Source of the DNA: Pelagomonas calceolata
Lineage: Eukaryota
DNA length: 64,000 bases
NCBI GenBank assembly: GCA_918797485.1
Contig: CAKKNE010000003.1
Coordinates: 930,001-994,000, forward strand
Direction: 5' to 3'
This document shows, in pieces, positions 63,140 to 64,000 of the stretch (position 1 is its first letter; every line of letters starts with the position of its first letter). Both the position numbers and the translations under genes were made by a program. The notes below the pieces were generated by a model. It was not told the origin of the DNA and ran no database searches. It was given only the letters and a program-made list of their open reading frames with translations.

Positions 63140-64000
63140 ATGCAGCTCGCGCTGCTCTGCCTCGGCGCCTCGGCGCTGGTCCCGCCGACGCAACGGAGAC
63201 CACCGACCGCGCTACGAGCGAAGGCCGAGGCCTTTGTCACAGAAAACGCCCCGGACCTCCTCAAGGAGATCGTCATGAAAAGAACAAGTTTGGGCGAGGA
63301 CGCGCGGCGGAACAACGCGCGCACGGGCGGATCTGTAAAACTAGAGCACGTGACGCTCGACAAGATCGATGGAAATGGCCTCGCGTTCACGTGCTCCGTG
63401 AAAAGAAGAGCGGGCGGCTTCGGCGGGGGGTTTAGTACAGAAGACGAAACGACCACCGCGAATTGGGGCGACTTACTAGAATGCGGCTGGGAGGCGGACC
63501 AGTGCGAGGTCGATCCCGACGGCGCGACGGCGCAAAGGAGATTGATGCAGGTCGCCTGTTCTCTGGGGTTGAATGGGGATGCCGCTAGGTTGCTCTCGAC
63601 GGAATTTCCGGGCGGGTTGGGCGACGCGGGCGCGCTCCCGGACAACCTGTGGTTGAACAACATTCCCGCGTCGAAGGAAGCACGAAGTCACTTGGGAGAT
63701 GCGGTCTGCGACGCTGTCGTACAAGCGATCCTCGAGGACGCGCCGACGCTCCAAGTCACGGTGAAGCCGCCCGAGCGCGGCCCTGCGTGGCAATCAACCT
63801 GTGAGTCGGGAGCTTTTCGCGTCGATGGCGTGAGCGCCGCGAAATTTGATTTCCACGCAGGCTCGACCCGGAGATGGACACTTATAGAATAGGCACGTTA
63901 CTGGAGCTCGCCCGCCACCTGGCTTTTAGGGTTATCGAGGGCACGGGCCGAAAAGTGAGGATATGCGTGCAGGCGCCGATGGGCGAGGGCATCTTCAGCG
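63140..64000 (+). CDS. Probably plastid-targeted DUF1995-domain protein (3' truncated); GC-AG intron 63775-63860
   Basis: After splicing: PPELDPEMDTYRIGTLLELAR...KVRICVQAPMGEG, recalled as similar to the C-terminal domain of plant plastid adenylate kinase 5; signal peptide MQLALLCLGASAL. Confidence 0.75.
63783..63860. mobile_element. Introner family 1 variant (78 bp)
   Basis: TIR CTGCGTGGCAATCAA / TTGATTTCCACGCAG; TSD GCGCGGCC / GCTCGACC (6 of 8). Confidence 0.88.

Noticed and set aside
1..64000. Autonomous transposase for the introners
   Set aside because: No ORF with DDE/hAT, reverse transcriptase or recombinase motifs was recognised in this window.

Overview
This is eukaryotic nuclear DNA: GC-rich, gene-dense (about 35 protein genes in 64 kb), with short spliceosomal introns and several plastid-type presequences (signal peptide plus ASAF-like motif). 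These traits and the introner elements point to a pelagophyte alga (Pelagomonas/Aureococcus-like); this is an inference. Recognisable genes: mitochondrial uL24, GBP/atlastin GTPase, ZnF-UBP, MYG1, phosducin-like, SpoU, RAP-domain, NHL/SH2-like, Mpv17, Gfo/Idh/MocA, centrin, GRDP/DUF1399, NAPRT, SLBP, PsbP-like, Myb+TALE homeodomain, ABM, 2xRRM, PRP38B-like, FYVE-lipase-FYVE, SNARE, GT4, GT2-like, EamA, SAM-methyltransferase, DUF1995. Notable non-coding signals: (1) a tRNA-Glu gene interrupted by three hairpin inserts at non-canonical positions; (2) a ~22-bp CTAG-bounded motif (CTAGTGT[C/G]TTACNGNCCGCTAG) repeated 13-16 times, always upstream of start codons and often in divergent intergenic regions; (3) six copies of a TIR + 8-bp-TSD introner family whose removal as GT/GC-AG introns restores the reading frame, plus a probable second family; (4) a 1.1-kb element with G4T4-containing inverted termini and a central 32-bp perfect palindrome; (5) a ~180-bp foldback inverted repeat built from ~150-bp subrepeats; (6) chimeric genes made from lineage-expanded ankyrin/TPR-like modules. 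All gene models and splice sites were derived by eye.
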